DNA from: Trichinella spiralis
Lineage: Eukaryota
Length of the DNA: 63,958 nt
Assembly (NCBI RefSeq): GCF_000181795.1
Contig: NW_003526943.1
Coordinates: 62,043-126,000, forward strand
Reading direction: 5' to 3'
Made by a program: the position numbers and the translations under genes. Positions 12,248-26,083 of the stretch are shown one piece after another (positions within the stretch are counted from its first letter, which is position 1; each line of letters starts with the position of its first letter). The notes under the pieces are model-generated. The model saw only the letters and a program-made list of their open reading frames with translations, had not been told where the DNA came from and did not search any database.

Positions 12248-13763
12248 GCAAAGTCCCCTGTTAGCCCTTGCATGCTTATTTTAATTCATATTACGGATTT
12301 GGGTTTTAATTACATTAATTTTAACAAAGATCTATTGAAACATACATTTCAAGAAATGTTTTGCATACTTTTTTAAAATCAATTTGAATGCATGAAAAAG
12401 CTATACAGATTGTTCAAATTTTTGAAGAATTTTGTGCTGTAAATAAAAATAATTTATTTTGGAATTGAGTTCAAGTTTCAGAAATTGAATTAAATTAAAT
12501 TAAACTGAAGAAAATGTTTGTTCCATAACTACTTTATATTTTATGCTATAGAATGATTGAAACGTTTCTTTGTTATCGAATTAAATACTTATTCAAAAAA
12601 CAGCTCTGTAATGAACTTCATTATCCGTTTTTATTCTTGCAATTGAAAAAATAAGCATATTGAAATATTTTTTAATGTGAATATGTATAAGTTTTTGGTA
12701 CTTTGGATTGAATATTTGCAGTGATATATTTTACCAATTTATTTTATTTTATTTAATTATGCATTTCGTGATTGCGCACTTCATTATTTACACTAATGAA
12801 TAAGCTAAACTCCGACGTGAATGCAAATTTACATAAAGAATCAAATTAGATCAAATATTCATGCATATAGAGTATGATTGCAAGTAAATTAATGCTCAAA
12901 TTGTGAAAAAAATGAATGTTTGAAAATTAAACAAAAATATTTTAAATATTAGAAATGACAAATAAATTATCATGATTTATTTTGAAGAAGACAACAAACA
13001 GAATATAGTGGAGAATATTTTTGAAATGGAAAAAGCAAATAGAGGAATAAAAATGAAATTTTTTTCAATCAACGAGCATTAAAGTGAGTTATGAATTATA
13101 ATATTTTAATTGTGTTTATAATGAAAAATTCGACAAAGTTGAATAATCGTACAGCGATTGATTTTTGGAATTATTTCAGAAGTGATCCTTCTATATATTG
13201 GAACTGACGATCAATTTAACAGCTGAACAGTTAAGTCTTCTGGAATTTAAGATAAACACGGAAGAGTTAGAAAGCGACATGAAGGAAAGTGATCTATTTG
13301 ACGCAGTGTAAAAATCACTTTATCACCATCACGCACTTTGAACCGGAAATATTGAATGCTTTTGCTTAAGCAGGCCTTATACATACATACATATATATAT
13401 ATATATGTATGATAAATTTTGAATAAAGATGTTCCTCACATTAAATATAGAATAAGTACTCTTCTTTTAAATGGTGACACTTAAAAGTGATTACTGAAAG
13501 CAGCGGAAGCAAATTCTGCACGTTAGTTTTATCCACTTTCTTCTATCAATATCAATAAGATTGATTATAAATTAGAAATTTTAAAGAGAATCAAAAACAG
13601 CATGACATAGCCTTATAAACATGAAGAGGATGCAGCATTAAAATCCCTGATTCAGCATTCTTACTTTGCATTGGAAAACAACAACAACGACGACGACAAT
13701 ACAAGCATACATTTCACTTGATTCTGTGGTTTTGCATTTGTTAACTGCTAAGTAAATTGCAAT

Positions 13764-16700
13764 ATGAATACTAGTGAAAACAGAATGATTGAAGAAAATC
13801 AAAAATTAATGGAAAATAAATTTTACAATGGTAAGCATTTTATTTTTATAATTAACATTTTAAACATTAATCACTGAATAAAATGATTAATAATAATCGA
13901 ATCATAGTTGCTGCCAAAAAGAAATAGAAAACAGTCCGTTATTTTTTAAACATAAAACAAAAAGATACACTTTAAACAGTTACATTTAGATTTGACATAT
14001 TTGTCATATGTTGGCATACTAAATGAAAGTTATTAGCTAAGCTTGACGAATAATAAATAAAGGATTAAATTGGAAAAAAAATTTTACAGTTTGCTTAGTT
14101 AATCTAATGTTTAATAAATTATAAATTTAAGAAAATATTACAATGTTTTAAAATATTCAGTAGTGAATGTTATTACTTATATTGAATGCATTTAACAATT
14201 TTTCTTTTTTAGATATTTTACCATTAAATCGAAGTGGATGGTTGACAACTGAGATGTTTATAAAAGCAGTAGTAGATCTACTTTTAGAGTTTATCAAAGA
14301 AACCAACAATCCCAACACGAAGGTTATTAATTTTCACCATCCTACAGAATTAATTGCTAAACTTGATCTCCGAATTCCAATAAATCCGACAAGTCTGCAG
14401 AAAGTTATTGAAGATTGCAAAGAAGTATTAAAATATCAAGTTCGAACAGGTAAATAAATGAATATTAATAAAGCATATATTAACTGTTCTATTAAGTAAA
14501 ATATTGTCAGTTTGCAATGCATACACAACGAATCCTACATTACTTTTGCTACGGATAATGTACATCAAAATCAAAACAGTTCAAACATGTATTTTCACTT
14601 TAAATGATAATACTTTTCATTCACTTAACAATATGTGGATAATTAGTTAAATATATTAAATTAAACGCTGTCTGACTTTTTTAAATATTACTAATCACGG
14701 AATGCTTCTCAACATTACTATTCATATAGCAATGAATTAATTTTTTCAAGTTTTTAAAATATCTCAAAATATTAAGAAATTTTTAAGCAAAATGATATAT
14801 TGAAAATTGACATTTAAACAATAATGAAAATTTTTAAATAAATCTAAAGCTATTGTGAATTATTTGATCTAATGTTGTTCGATAATAAAGTTGAGTGATA
14901 AATTTTTGATATTTTAAAATTCACTACTTTTTATTTTAGGACACCCACGATTTTTTAATCAGCTTTCTACAGGACTTGACTTGATAAGTATGATTGGTGA
15001 ATGGCTGACAGCTACTGTGAACACAAACATGTACATGACACTGCACAAAATATAACTTTCATAAAAATTTTGAACGAAACAAACACTTAAACTTTATACT
15101 TTGTTTAATTATTACATTTGATATATGATTTATTTTATAATTTCACATACAATTTATATTAGAATAATATTTGTTTTTGCAATGATAGAACTGTTTAGTT
15201 TTTTATTTAAGCTGAAAAATTTTTTTAATTTTTTTAGGTTTACTTATGAAATTTCACCAGTATTTGTTCTCATGGAAAAAGAAATCATTGAAACAATGTG
15301 TGAAATTGTCGGCTGGCCGCCTGGAAAACGAGACGGAATATTCAGTCCAGGTGGAGCAATATCTAATTTATACGCCGTAAATGCTGCAAGACATTACATG
15401 TTTCCACGCTGCAAGGCGATTGGGATGGTTGAAACTCCAAATTTGGCAATGTTTACTTCTGAAGACGTAAATCTGTTTATCATTTTGTAATCAAATTTGA
15501 AAATAATCATAATTGATAAATATTGGACAATAGAAAAATAATACAAATAAAATTAATGAGTGACGTAAAAGTAATAAGTGATATTATAAATAAAATATAC
15601 AGTGTCAGCATAGCGTAGAATTTGATTTTTAAATTTATAATAATGAAATATTTAGGCGATGAAATTTTTGCCTGAAAAATGTTAAGAATTTGTCGAAGAT
15701 CTGACGATAAATTTCATTCATTTCATTTTGTAATACTTTCAAGATCTTTATTTTAGAGTCATTATTCAATAAGAGGTGCTGCAGCACTTGTAGGAATTGG
15801 TGTTGACAACTGCTTTCCTATTCCTGTAGATGAAAAGTACGTTAATTGAAATATTCTTTCCCTCCTTTTATTTCTTTAAATGAAAATTGCATACAATTAC
15901 TATTTGAACTATTCTGCTTATATTTATATAATAATTAAGTGTACAATGTATTGTGTTATTTTATTTATTCGTTTTAATAGAATAATGTTTTTATATTAGA
16001 GGGAAGATGATTCCAAGTAAATTGGAGGAAGAAGTTATTTTGGCAAAGAAAAATGGATATGTACCATTTTTCGTGTGTGCAGTAGGCGGAACTACTGTCT
16101 ACGGTGCATTTGATCCAATAAATGAGATCGCTAATATATGCAAGAAATACAGAATGTGGCTTCACGTTGATGTAAGGCATAAATTTAAATTTCTTTAGTA
16201 AGCTTCAAATGTTTCAGGCTGCATGGGGTGGTGGAATACTTTTGTCCAAGAAACATCGACATCTGGCAAATGGTATAGAGAAGTAAGCTTTAAATTCGCA
16301 ATAATTTCAACACAACAGAGCACTGCAATCAATTATTTTCATAAATATTAATGCACATTTGAAATTCCTTAATTCGGAAAAAGATATTTTTTAACTTTTA
16401 CATTCATACATATATATATATTTTTTTTTATTTATTTATAAGATAAGCTGTAAGACATTTTTATCCAACAAATAGAAATCAATAAGTTCATTTTAATTAT
16501 TTGTAGAGCTGATTCAGTAACTTGGAACCCTCATAAGTTAATGGGGGCGCTTCTCCAGTGTTCAGCTTGTTTAATTTGTCACGAGGTATGCAGTTTTTTA
16601 ATATGCTAATTTTGAAACTGAAATGAAAATATAATAATTAAAGGGCTTGCTATTTCAATGCAATCAAATGTGTGCTGATTATCTCTTTCAACAAGATAAG

Positions 16701-17768
16701 CCATATGATGTGAGTTATGACAGCGGAGACAAAGCAATTCAGTGTGGACGTCATAATGACGTTTTCAAATTATGGATAATGTGGAGAGCCAAGGTAATTT
16801 TGACCAAGGTCAAATTTTATTTAAAATTAACATTATTTCATGACTGATGGCAGATATTTCACTTAATTTCGTACATTAAAAAATGTTACTTAATTTAGAA
16901 TTACATCATATTATAAGTTAGTTTTTCATATATTTGTAATATATCTAATATATCTATCTATCTATTTATATATCGAGGAAATTGCTGAATGTTATATGAA
17001 ATAAAGTAATAGTTAACGAAATTGAAATGTTTGGTTCAAAACAGAATAAAATATAAAACTTGAAAATACAGAAGCTACTTTCTATTATTAATTATTAGAA
17101 GAATATTAAAAGTTATGAGTATTAAAAGAAATTAATTAAATTAAATTGCAGTAAATTAACACACACATACATATATATATGAATTTGTTTCTAATTATTT
17201 ATTTCATGTTTAGGGTATGAATGGCTTTGAACAGCAAGTAAATCGTTTAATGGAATTGGCGAAGTATTTCACAGAAAAGATAAAGAAAACACCAGGATAT
17301 GAGTTGATAATGGAAAATGTAACTATGACTATGCTTAACTAACTACCAACTGTTGTGTTTAATTTTCAGTAATTTTTTTAAGCCAGAATTTCTGAATATC
17401 TGTTTTTGGTATGTACCGAAAAATGTACGACATCTTGAAAGTACTGAAAAGAAAGCTAGGCTAGACAAGGTAAACTGCAACTCAGTCATCCATCAGTTGA
17501 TTACAATTCAATCATTAATAAATAATAAATGGAATTTGTTTCTGTGTTTTGTTAATTTGAAGTTGAATGTTTAGCATAAAACAATGTTTTTCAGGTAGCT
17601 CCAAAAATAAAAGCTAAAATGATGTCATCGGGAAGTACAATGGTCGGTTACCAGCCGGACAAAGATAAACCAAACTTTTTTCGTATGATAATTTCAAATC
17701 CTGCAACAACATACGAAGATTTGGATTTTTTCATCGAAGAAATTATTCGACTTGGAGAATCATTGTAA
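13764..17768 (+). CDS. unc-25: Glutamate decarboxylase (GAD, PLP-dependent group II decarboxylase)
   Basis: 12 exons: 13764-13830, 14213-14449, 14940-15030, 15238-15466, 15757-15836, 16000-16171, 16218-16282, 16507-16585, 16644-16793, 17214-17318, 17383-17469, 17595-17768. Motifs [47 protein letters not shown] (PLP lysine), [20 protein letters not shown]. Exon 1 is less certain. Confidence 0.95.
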
Positions 17769-18005
17769 AAAGAAAAAATCAACAATTTGTGCACAATTTT
17801 AACAATTGATATTATTATGCAAATTGTCTGAGTTGTAGTCGTTGAAGGTAGAGTTGGTATTTTTGTATTTTGGAAAAAGAATCTGCACTCGTTTGTAATT
17901 TTATTAGAATTTGTACGCAATTATACTTAATAATAATATATTAGTGAGAGAAAATAAGTAAGTTATTTTGCAACTAGTGGAATCTCAAGTAGAACTTGCT
18001 GTGTA

Positions 18006-18037
<32 letters not shown>

Positions 18038-18191
18038 GTATGACAGAATAAAAAAGTGATCTAAATACTGGTTGCTAAAAATTTCATCAATTTGCATTAA
18101 TAAATTGGAAAAAAAGAGAAAAGAAAAGAAAAAAATCCGTATAAAATGACCGCAAATAAATCACGGAAATTTTCACCCGTTGAAAATGTTA

Positions 18192-21100
18192 TCAATTTTG
18201 TTGCTGCATCGGTTGTTGCGCTGCTGCTGCTGCTGCTGCTTGGTCAGCCGGAGCTTCTACTACAGTAATTTCTTTCTTTTTCGTTATACCGATGTCATAT
18301 TTCGGCGATGCTTTAGATTTGAAATCAACTTTCTGTTCAAATATCTGAAATTATTTTAATAAAACTAATTTGCATATTCAAAATGAAGTTTTTTGTTTAA
18401 AAAATATCTACTTTGACATTGCCACCTGCAGGCTTGTGTTTTATATTATCCATGGAACCAATCTTTGATTTGGCATTTTTGAAATTCAGCTTTTGATTAA
18501 AAATCTGAAAGAGGAAAATTTCAAATTAATTTTTTTTTCAATTGAAATAATAAGTTTAGAGGAGGGGGAGGGGGAGGAGGGAAACAGAATAAAATATTAG
18601 TTGAAGTTTTCTACTTGAACTCGACCAGTTGTTGTAGGCTTGTGCTGAGCATTTTCTAAAGAGCCAACTTTTGCTTTAACATTCCACTCCAATTTACGTG
18701 ATTCAATCTGCTTAGCGCCAGTAGTAGTAGTAGTAGTAGGAGCCGCAGCTTTTTTTGCTGTTGCTGAATCATTTTTTGCAATTGGTTTCTTCTCTAGCGA
18801 ATTTGACTAAAATGTAAATTGCAACAGATGCATATTCTTCAAAAACAACACCCATCCAACAATTATACATAATAATGCAAATGATGAATACTATTTTTAA
18901 AATTAATTGAAATAATATTTCATAAAAATTTTGGACGACTTAAAATATCATTGAATTTTTCACATCGAAACATCTAAGATGTGTGTATAATTTTTTCATT
19001 CTTTTTGGCTACTAATAAGATTGTAAATTATATAATAACAGATATTTGTTTTGAAGAGAAAATTTGATGATGATTAAAATCCAAAAAATAAAAAAAATAT
19101 TCATTCACTTTCAAAGCGCCGTTTGTCATATATTTCGAATCAGTTTTATGTACTGTCGACGGTGATTTTGCTGTAGGACATTTTGCAGTGATGATGGAAG
19201 AAGATTTAAAAGTAGTCGACGTAGGTGCAGTTGATTTTAATAAATTTTTGCTTGCTGCCGTTCTGGAAGAAACAGTTGCTGCTGCTGTTGTTGTTCTTGG
19301 TGCTGTTCTTGTTGCTGTTGTTCCAGTACTACTTACCAAAGGAGAAGAAGTAGCCTACAAATTTAAAAGTTGAATTTGGTTTAAATTTTAATCGAATGAA
19401 ACAAACCTCTTTTGCATTATGAATATATAAGAGTAAAATTTTTGAAAAACAATTATATTTTTAGATCAAAAAATGAATAATAAATTAACATACCGTTTTT
19501 CGTCCAGAAGATTTTGAATTGACTGGACGAGAAGAGGAAGCTACTTTACCGCCAGTGGTAGTAGTTTTGGAAGTTTGCTTTAAATTTTGATGATTCGATG
19601 AGATTTTTGACGTTGTTGCTGTAGCTGGAAATTAAATGATGAATACAGTATGAAGCGAAACAATTTTAAACTTTTCAATAACTAGCCTTACCACTTTCAC
19701 AACGAGGCTTAATTAAAGCAGAAGCTTCTTTCTTCTTGTTGTTACTATTATCATTGGGAATTTTTTTAGTTGCCACAGTGGGTTTCATTTCGACAGGCTG
19801 TTGTTGTTCTGTTGTAGTATTGTCAGTTGTTTTCGATGGTTCAGTAATTATTGTCGATGGTGTAAAGACAATTTCAGCAGAATCGGATTTTGACAATATT
19901 TTATCAACTTCTTCTGCTTCTACATTTTGGAAATGCTTGACCAAATGATGATCAACAGGTGGCAATTCAGTATGAGTTTCTGTATGAGATGCAACAGGCT
20001 GGACATTCGAATCTGGTTTAATGTCATTTTCAACTATTTCAACGTTTTCTGAAGGTTCAGAATAACCGACTTCACTTATTGCAGATATTTGTCCTGATAA
20101 TTCTGGTGATTTGGCCAATATCGTTTCGGTTTTCACTACAGAGCTGCTGTTCACTTCAGCTGCTGCTGATAACAATTGCTTGTCAATAATACTGGATGCT
20201 TTCGAATCAACTGGATCATTGGATATTGACAAAGGATCAAATAATGGGGAGAAATTATGGGATGTAGATGAAAAATTTTCCAAAGTTTTCTGCACAACAA
20301 CATGCTGTGGTGGTTTGGAAAGATCAGCAACATCATCCACTGTCAGTAAGGTGGTGGAAGAATGGTTCTCTGCATTATCATTTGTGCAAGTGTTTTTTGG
20401 ATTAAATGGACTATTTTGTTGGCTTGTTAACAGTCCAATGTTGTTGCTGTCAAACGCTGGCTTATGAACAACGCTATTTTCAATGTCAGCCAAATTGATG
20501 CTAGCAACAGATTTCGCCAAAAATGTATAACTGGTACTGTCAGTCAGTTCGGGACGAACCATTTCAATCGATTTTTTCATTTCCTCTGATGCATCAAAAT
20601 TCACCAGATTTCCTTCTTCATCTTTTACTTTGGAAGTCAACTAAAAATGACACATTAAATTTTTTTTTCTTTAATTCTTTTCTTATTTACTCACATCGGT
20701 ATTTTGATTATTATTATCCATGTTCACAGTTTCATTTTTGTCCATATTTTGTGTTTCACTATTTAGAGAATCTACAAAAAGAAAAAAAGGGTAAAATTTA
20801 TAATCGAATTTCCATTGGATAATAATTTTTTTAATTAATTTTTCAATGAAAATTTCATGCATAAATCAAAATATCAAACGAAAAATTGCAGTTATTGTTG
20901 TTTTAGAAAAAAATAGCAAAGCATCATTGGCATATTTCAGCCACTTTAGGCATCAGAGCATTTATTAATTGGTGTAGATATTTTGTAAAAAAATATATTT
21001 GAATATATTTTCATGAATAGAACTAATGGACTAGAGATTTCCTTTTATAATACAAATAAATTTATATTTTGTTATGCATTATTCTAATTATTATTATTAT

Positions 21101-23510
21101 ACTGAAAAATTGAATATAAAAATTAGAATTCTCATTAATATTTCATGTTGGTAAAAATAATCATGCATCGTTAATGTTAATAATTTAAACAACAACAACA
21201 ACAGTAATAATAAAAGCAATAAATTTACCAATGGAAAATGTTAAATGATCAATAAATATTGAGAATGTAGAATGCAAACTGAATGAATCAGTAGTAGTAG
21301 TAGTAGTCAAGACAGTTTATTTTTATGAGAGGTGAAAATACAATTATTCGATCAGATCAAATTGTGTTGAAAATGAACGTTCTGAACAATATATATATAT
21401 AGTCAAGTGAATAAAGAAGCAAGCAAAGCATAAGTGCAAGAACTAGTTGGAAACATAAATCGTATTGCATGCAGGTCAATAAAGTCTAGCAGCCTTCATT
21501 CTTTAGTCAACATGTCACCTCTTTTGCTGTTCAAATTTAGAAAAACTAGACGAAAAAGAGCATTATATTATTATTATTATTTTCAACACAATTAAATTAT
21601 GCTTTTAATATGAAATTAATTATCGATGCAATTAAGAAAAGAATTTTCATTTTTTAATAATTAAATAAAAACAAATCAATACACAAAACTGATCAACATC
21701 AATTTATCCATCTGTCTGTCTGTTATTACAAGCTATACGCAAAATTTTCTTTTTCTTTTAAAGAGGCTTTTTGATCATTAGTTATTCCATCTTGCAATTG
21801 ATGTCAAAGAGAACAACCATTGTCAATTGCTTTCGCCAGATGGGCTCTTTACGCTCCAACAAAATATGTTTATTATATTTTTATGACTCATAATAATATA
21901 TTTTACAAACAAAAATATAACCAAACACTTCAAAATGCATTATTCAATTACAAATTATTATATACTACTTACCATAACGAAAATATTAATATCAAGTAAA
22001 ATCAGATTTTAAAAAAATTGCCCAAATATTCTACATGAAATATAACTAAATTGGAATAAAATTTTAAAAGTACAATTGATCAATAGTTACAGTATTTGCA
22101 TATTCATTTTTAATTTATCCAATATCAAATGACTCAACCCAATATGAATTCTTTTTCCAATTTTGTGAAACTGAAACTCCCGAACAAACAAGTAATGATG
22201 AATAGAAAATAACATTTCAAAAACCAACATACATTACATGGAATGAAATTTGAAAATGAACAATTTTATTCATATAACAAACATTTTGACAAGTGAAATC
22301 AATCGAGGCATCGATTTTGATTTTTCAAATCATTCACACACAAAAATATTAAATGTCTTAATTGAAATATTTCACTGAACTTATCCTGTGCAAATTAATA
22401 TCGAATAGAAAAAGAAATACACGTGCATAATTGGCGTAGGTTTTGTCTATTAAATAAACAACTTAAAACTTCTGAAGGTATTCAAATAAAATATAGTGAA
22501 TTAATTGATCAGTTGTTGTTTCAAGTTTCACACATTTTTGAAATATCAATGAAAATAGAAAGTGATTTAATAAGATGAAACAATGTTCATCAAGTTATGC
22601 GCACCATCAGATCAGCATTGAACGTTGACGATGCGAAGCAATATGCAAATGTGGTGTAATTGTAATAAATATTTTCCACATGCAATAATTGATACAAAAC
22701 GAAGTAGAGATTTCGTTTGATAGAACAATTTTTTGTGAAACAATAAAGAAAAATGAAATAAAAATTACCAAATTTATAAACAAAGCTGACATGAATCACT
22801 TAAATGATCACTTTCAACTTGGAATTTGGTAAAGAGAATATTTCAATAGTAAACATAAAGTATAGCGTAGTATATAATACAGTAACTTTTTGTTTGCTTC
22901 AGGTAATGCACAGTTAACTTAATCATCAACTTAACGAGGGAAATATTACAATTTGAACAAGAAAAGGAGAATATATTTAAAAAAAAATCAACTATAACTA
23001 CCATATAAAAAATATTCAATATTCTACTAGTGTTTCATCATTTAGCAGTGGTAGTAGGGTATGAGCTATTGATCAACGAGAAAAAATTGATTGACATTTG
23101 TTAGTGAGATTTTGCAACAACAACAATGATAACAAATGACACATACACACACAGTGTAAAAGTGAACAAAAAGAAAAAGTTTAAATTTTAAACTGCAGAC
23201 AATAAGCAAGAAAAATAAATAAATAAATAAACAATAATAAGAGAAAAATGAAAAGAGTAGAATTGTTGTTCTTTTCCACATGCAAAAGTTGAAGTTGAAT
23301 AAAAGGAAAGAAATAGGAAATCAATGGATTTTCTAGATGAAAAAATTTCATGTAAGTTTAATTAATTGGAGAGAATAAAATGAACACTATCAATATAGAA
23401 GAGTATAAAATTTATTGATGAAGTTAATAAATTGAATGAAAATACTTACAATTGATAAATTGTTCATTTAACGACGATGGTAATTGTTGATCAACAGGCG
23501 TAGTAGTCAT
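18192..23510 (-). CDS. ptl-1: Tau/MAP2-family microtubule-associated protein (~633 aa)
   Basis: Phase-compatible exons 23450-23510, 20695-20771, 19692-20640, 19494-19624, 19109-19354, 18615-18806, 18412-18504, 18192-18344. Acidic N-terminal region, basic S/T/K-rich middle, then repeats VKAKVGSLENAQHKP and AKSKIGSMDNIKHKPAGGNVKI, the second on a 93-nt phase-0 exon. The first exon is less certain. Confidence 0.85.
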
Positions 23511-23793
23511 ATTTGAATATTGATGTGCTCAATTTTTGTTTTTGTGTTGAAAAATAAGAGATGAATACAAAGAATTTCGTCTGTATCTGAAAGCAATAAT
23601 GGATGACGAAAATGAAGAAGATAAAAGCTAATAAGATAAATAAATAAACAGCAAGTTAGCAAAGCAAAGCGAAGCAAAGCAGAATGAAGAAGCGAAGAAT
23701 AAGAAATAAACAAACACATACATACGCACACTTTTCAACAACGCTAATCAACGCCAAGAGAATGCAATAAGAGAGTCGAAGTCGGTTCGACTT

Positions 23794-23807
23794 GTGCCTA
23801 TGGTAAC
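23794..23807. promoter_or_regulatory. X-box-like (RFX/DAF-19) motif upstream of the tau-like gene
   Basis: GTGCCTATGGTAAC (reverse GTTACCATAGGCAC), close to the 14-bp X-box consensus, ~285 bp upstream of the predicted ATG. Confidence 0.4.
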
Positions 23808-26083
23808 AAAATGGCAGCAGCGAATTGACGACCACTGCAAGCTGCCGTTGATTGACTGACAGACAGACCAAACACACAACCTGCTTTTCTATAATCTTTA
23901 ATATTTTTCATTTTAAAACTTTTTGTCTAATGTTGAATTTTTCATCTTTCATATTAATAATAAACAATTTAATTAATCAATATGAAATATTAAAATTTAT
24001 ACATACGAAAGTTGAAATTATTATTCTTCCTCTATCTATATATCAGTCAGTGTACATGTGTGTGTGTGTGTGTGTGTTATGCTTGTAGTTTAACTTTTAA
24101 ATACAGCTAACTGCAACTGCGGTTAATTGTAATGATAATAATGAAAAATAGTATTGATTGTCAATGTCAATGAAAGAAAACGAGGCGGTTTTGTTCACTT
24201 GATCATCATGTTCAATTTTTATTGAATCATAAAGTAATGATGAATAAAATTGACTGGCATTTTGAATTTTGAAGTAAAACCGGCCAATACAACGACTACC
24301 GGTATGCAGATGGATATGTACACTGCACTGCGCACTTGCCACATTTTGCATTCATTTCTTCATTGGCGTCCTATTTGCGAGCTGCTCTCAATGAGCAAAT
24401 AAATAAATATACGCCAACCAATTGACCAAAACGTCGTTTCTTATTCAAGCACCACCAGTTCAATAAAATATCCCCTCTGACATCATACATGCATGCATAC
24501 ACACATACATGCACGACATTAGCCAACCGACCAGTCTACTCTATTCCAAACAAAAACCAATTCTTTCAACAAGCATTTATTGATAAAATTGTCGATTTTA
24601 TTCAAATTAATCATACCCAATATAGATGAATGTTATGTATTCATTTTTTCATATATTTTCTTTTTCTCCTTCTCTCTCTGGTTGATTTTGTTTTTCATAA
24701 ATTACAAATTTTACCAACTTATTAAAAGTTCAACTTTTACTAAATACAAATAAGCATGTTTGTTTGATAAAAAAATAATAAAAAGAAAATTCATTTCTCT
24801 TCTTCTTACTTGATGCTTGCTTCAACGATTGCCAATAACTGAACTGCTTCAATCTATCACAGCCAACGTTCAAACCAAATTAATCTTTCTCTTGTCCATT
24901 TGTTAAAAACTATTGAATTTATCTGTAGCCAAAAAATAATCACCATCCCACGTTCAATTCAATCAATTTTTTTCGACACACTGTTTACAGTGAAAATCAT
25001 TTCGAATATAATTTAAATATTCAAAAAAAAATTAACTTGACAATTTTAAAAATTCCCCCCCCCCCTCCTCCTCCTCTCCCTCCCCTCTCCTCCCCTGCAA
25101 ACGTGTTGTTGGATAAAAATTTTCTCATTCCACTTGAAATAAACCTCTAATTACGAAAAGTTGAAAAAATTTAAATTGAAGCATTTTCAAAAAAAATCCA
25201 AACAACAATACTGAGCAATGGGTAATTTTCGATAATTCAAAAACAGAATTGCTACAGCTGCATGTATTTATGTAGATCATCTGTGTGCATGTGGGTAACT
25301 TTTTATTATATCATTTTCAACCACGCTTGCTTGCATCATGGCTTACTCAAAGGCAAGTTCACTATTATTGAATGTGGTGGTAAACTTCGAAATACTTTTA
25401 ATAGTGAAAACTATTTCATTAAAAAATATATATATTTCACTTGATGGTCTAAAATTCTGTTTAATTTCAATAATTTTTCTTTTTTTCAAATACTAATTTC
25501 TATGATCCTATTCTTGAAAATAGCTAATTATCTTGCCACGAAATGGATTCCATATGCAGTTGAATAGCAGCAGAAGTTAAATAGCAAAGCACAATTCAAT
25601 GCAAAGAGTTGTTGTTTTCATTGAAAGAAATTCTTCAATAAACAAAATGCAATTGGACAGATTTTGAAATTAATTTTCATCTTTCAAAGCTGCATAACAT
25701 TACAGTAATTTCTTCTTAATTATATCATTTTACGATACTTTGAAACATGCAAAGAAACGTTTTTTCTTAATTTCATAATAATATATTAAAAATTATTTTT
25801 TTATTTAAATTAATGGAAACATTTTACGGATTTTTTGATTAATAAAACAATTTTGCTTTATTCATTTGTCCTTGTAATGCATTTTTTAATGTAAATGTGA
25901 ACGTAAATGAAATTATCTTATTTTCTATCTTATACTAATAATTTAATTTTTATAAAATTGAAAACTTTGAAAAGTATTTTTTGTGAATGTGAAAATTATA
26001 ATAGTAAGGTTTTATTGCATTTCAGTTATTGTATAAAACAGTGGATGTTGTAGTATTTGAATAATAGCTGTGCAAAATAGTAT

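Noticed and set aside
14062..14067. GGATTA (UNC-30/Pitx-type site) in GAD intron 1
   Set aside because: A single hexamer is expected by chance.
19736..20467. Plus-strand ORFs of 70-118 aa
   Set aside because: Antisense shadows of the large tau-like exon.
21228..21381. Possible alternative non-coding first exon of the tau-like gene
   Set aside because: Only splice-like signals with no coding evidence; cannot be supported without transcripts.
25054..25095. C-rich polypyrimidine tract (potential G-quadruplex on the other strand)
   Set aside because: Simple low-complexity sequence with no further evidence of function.
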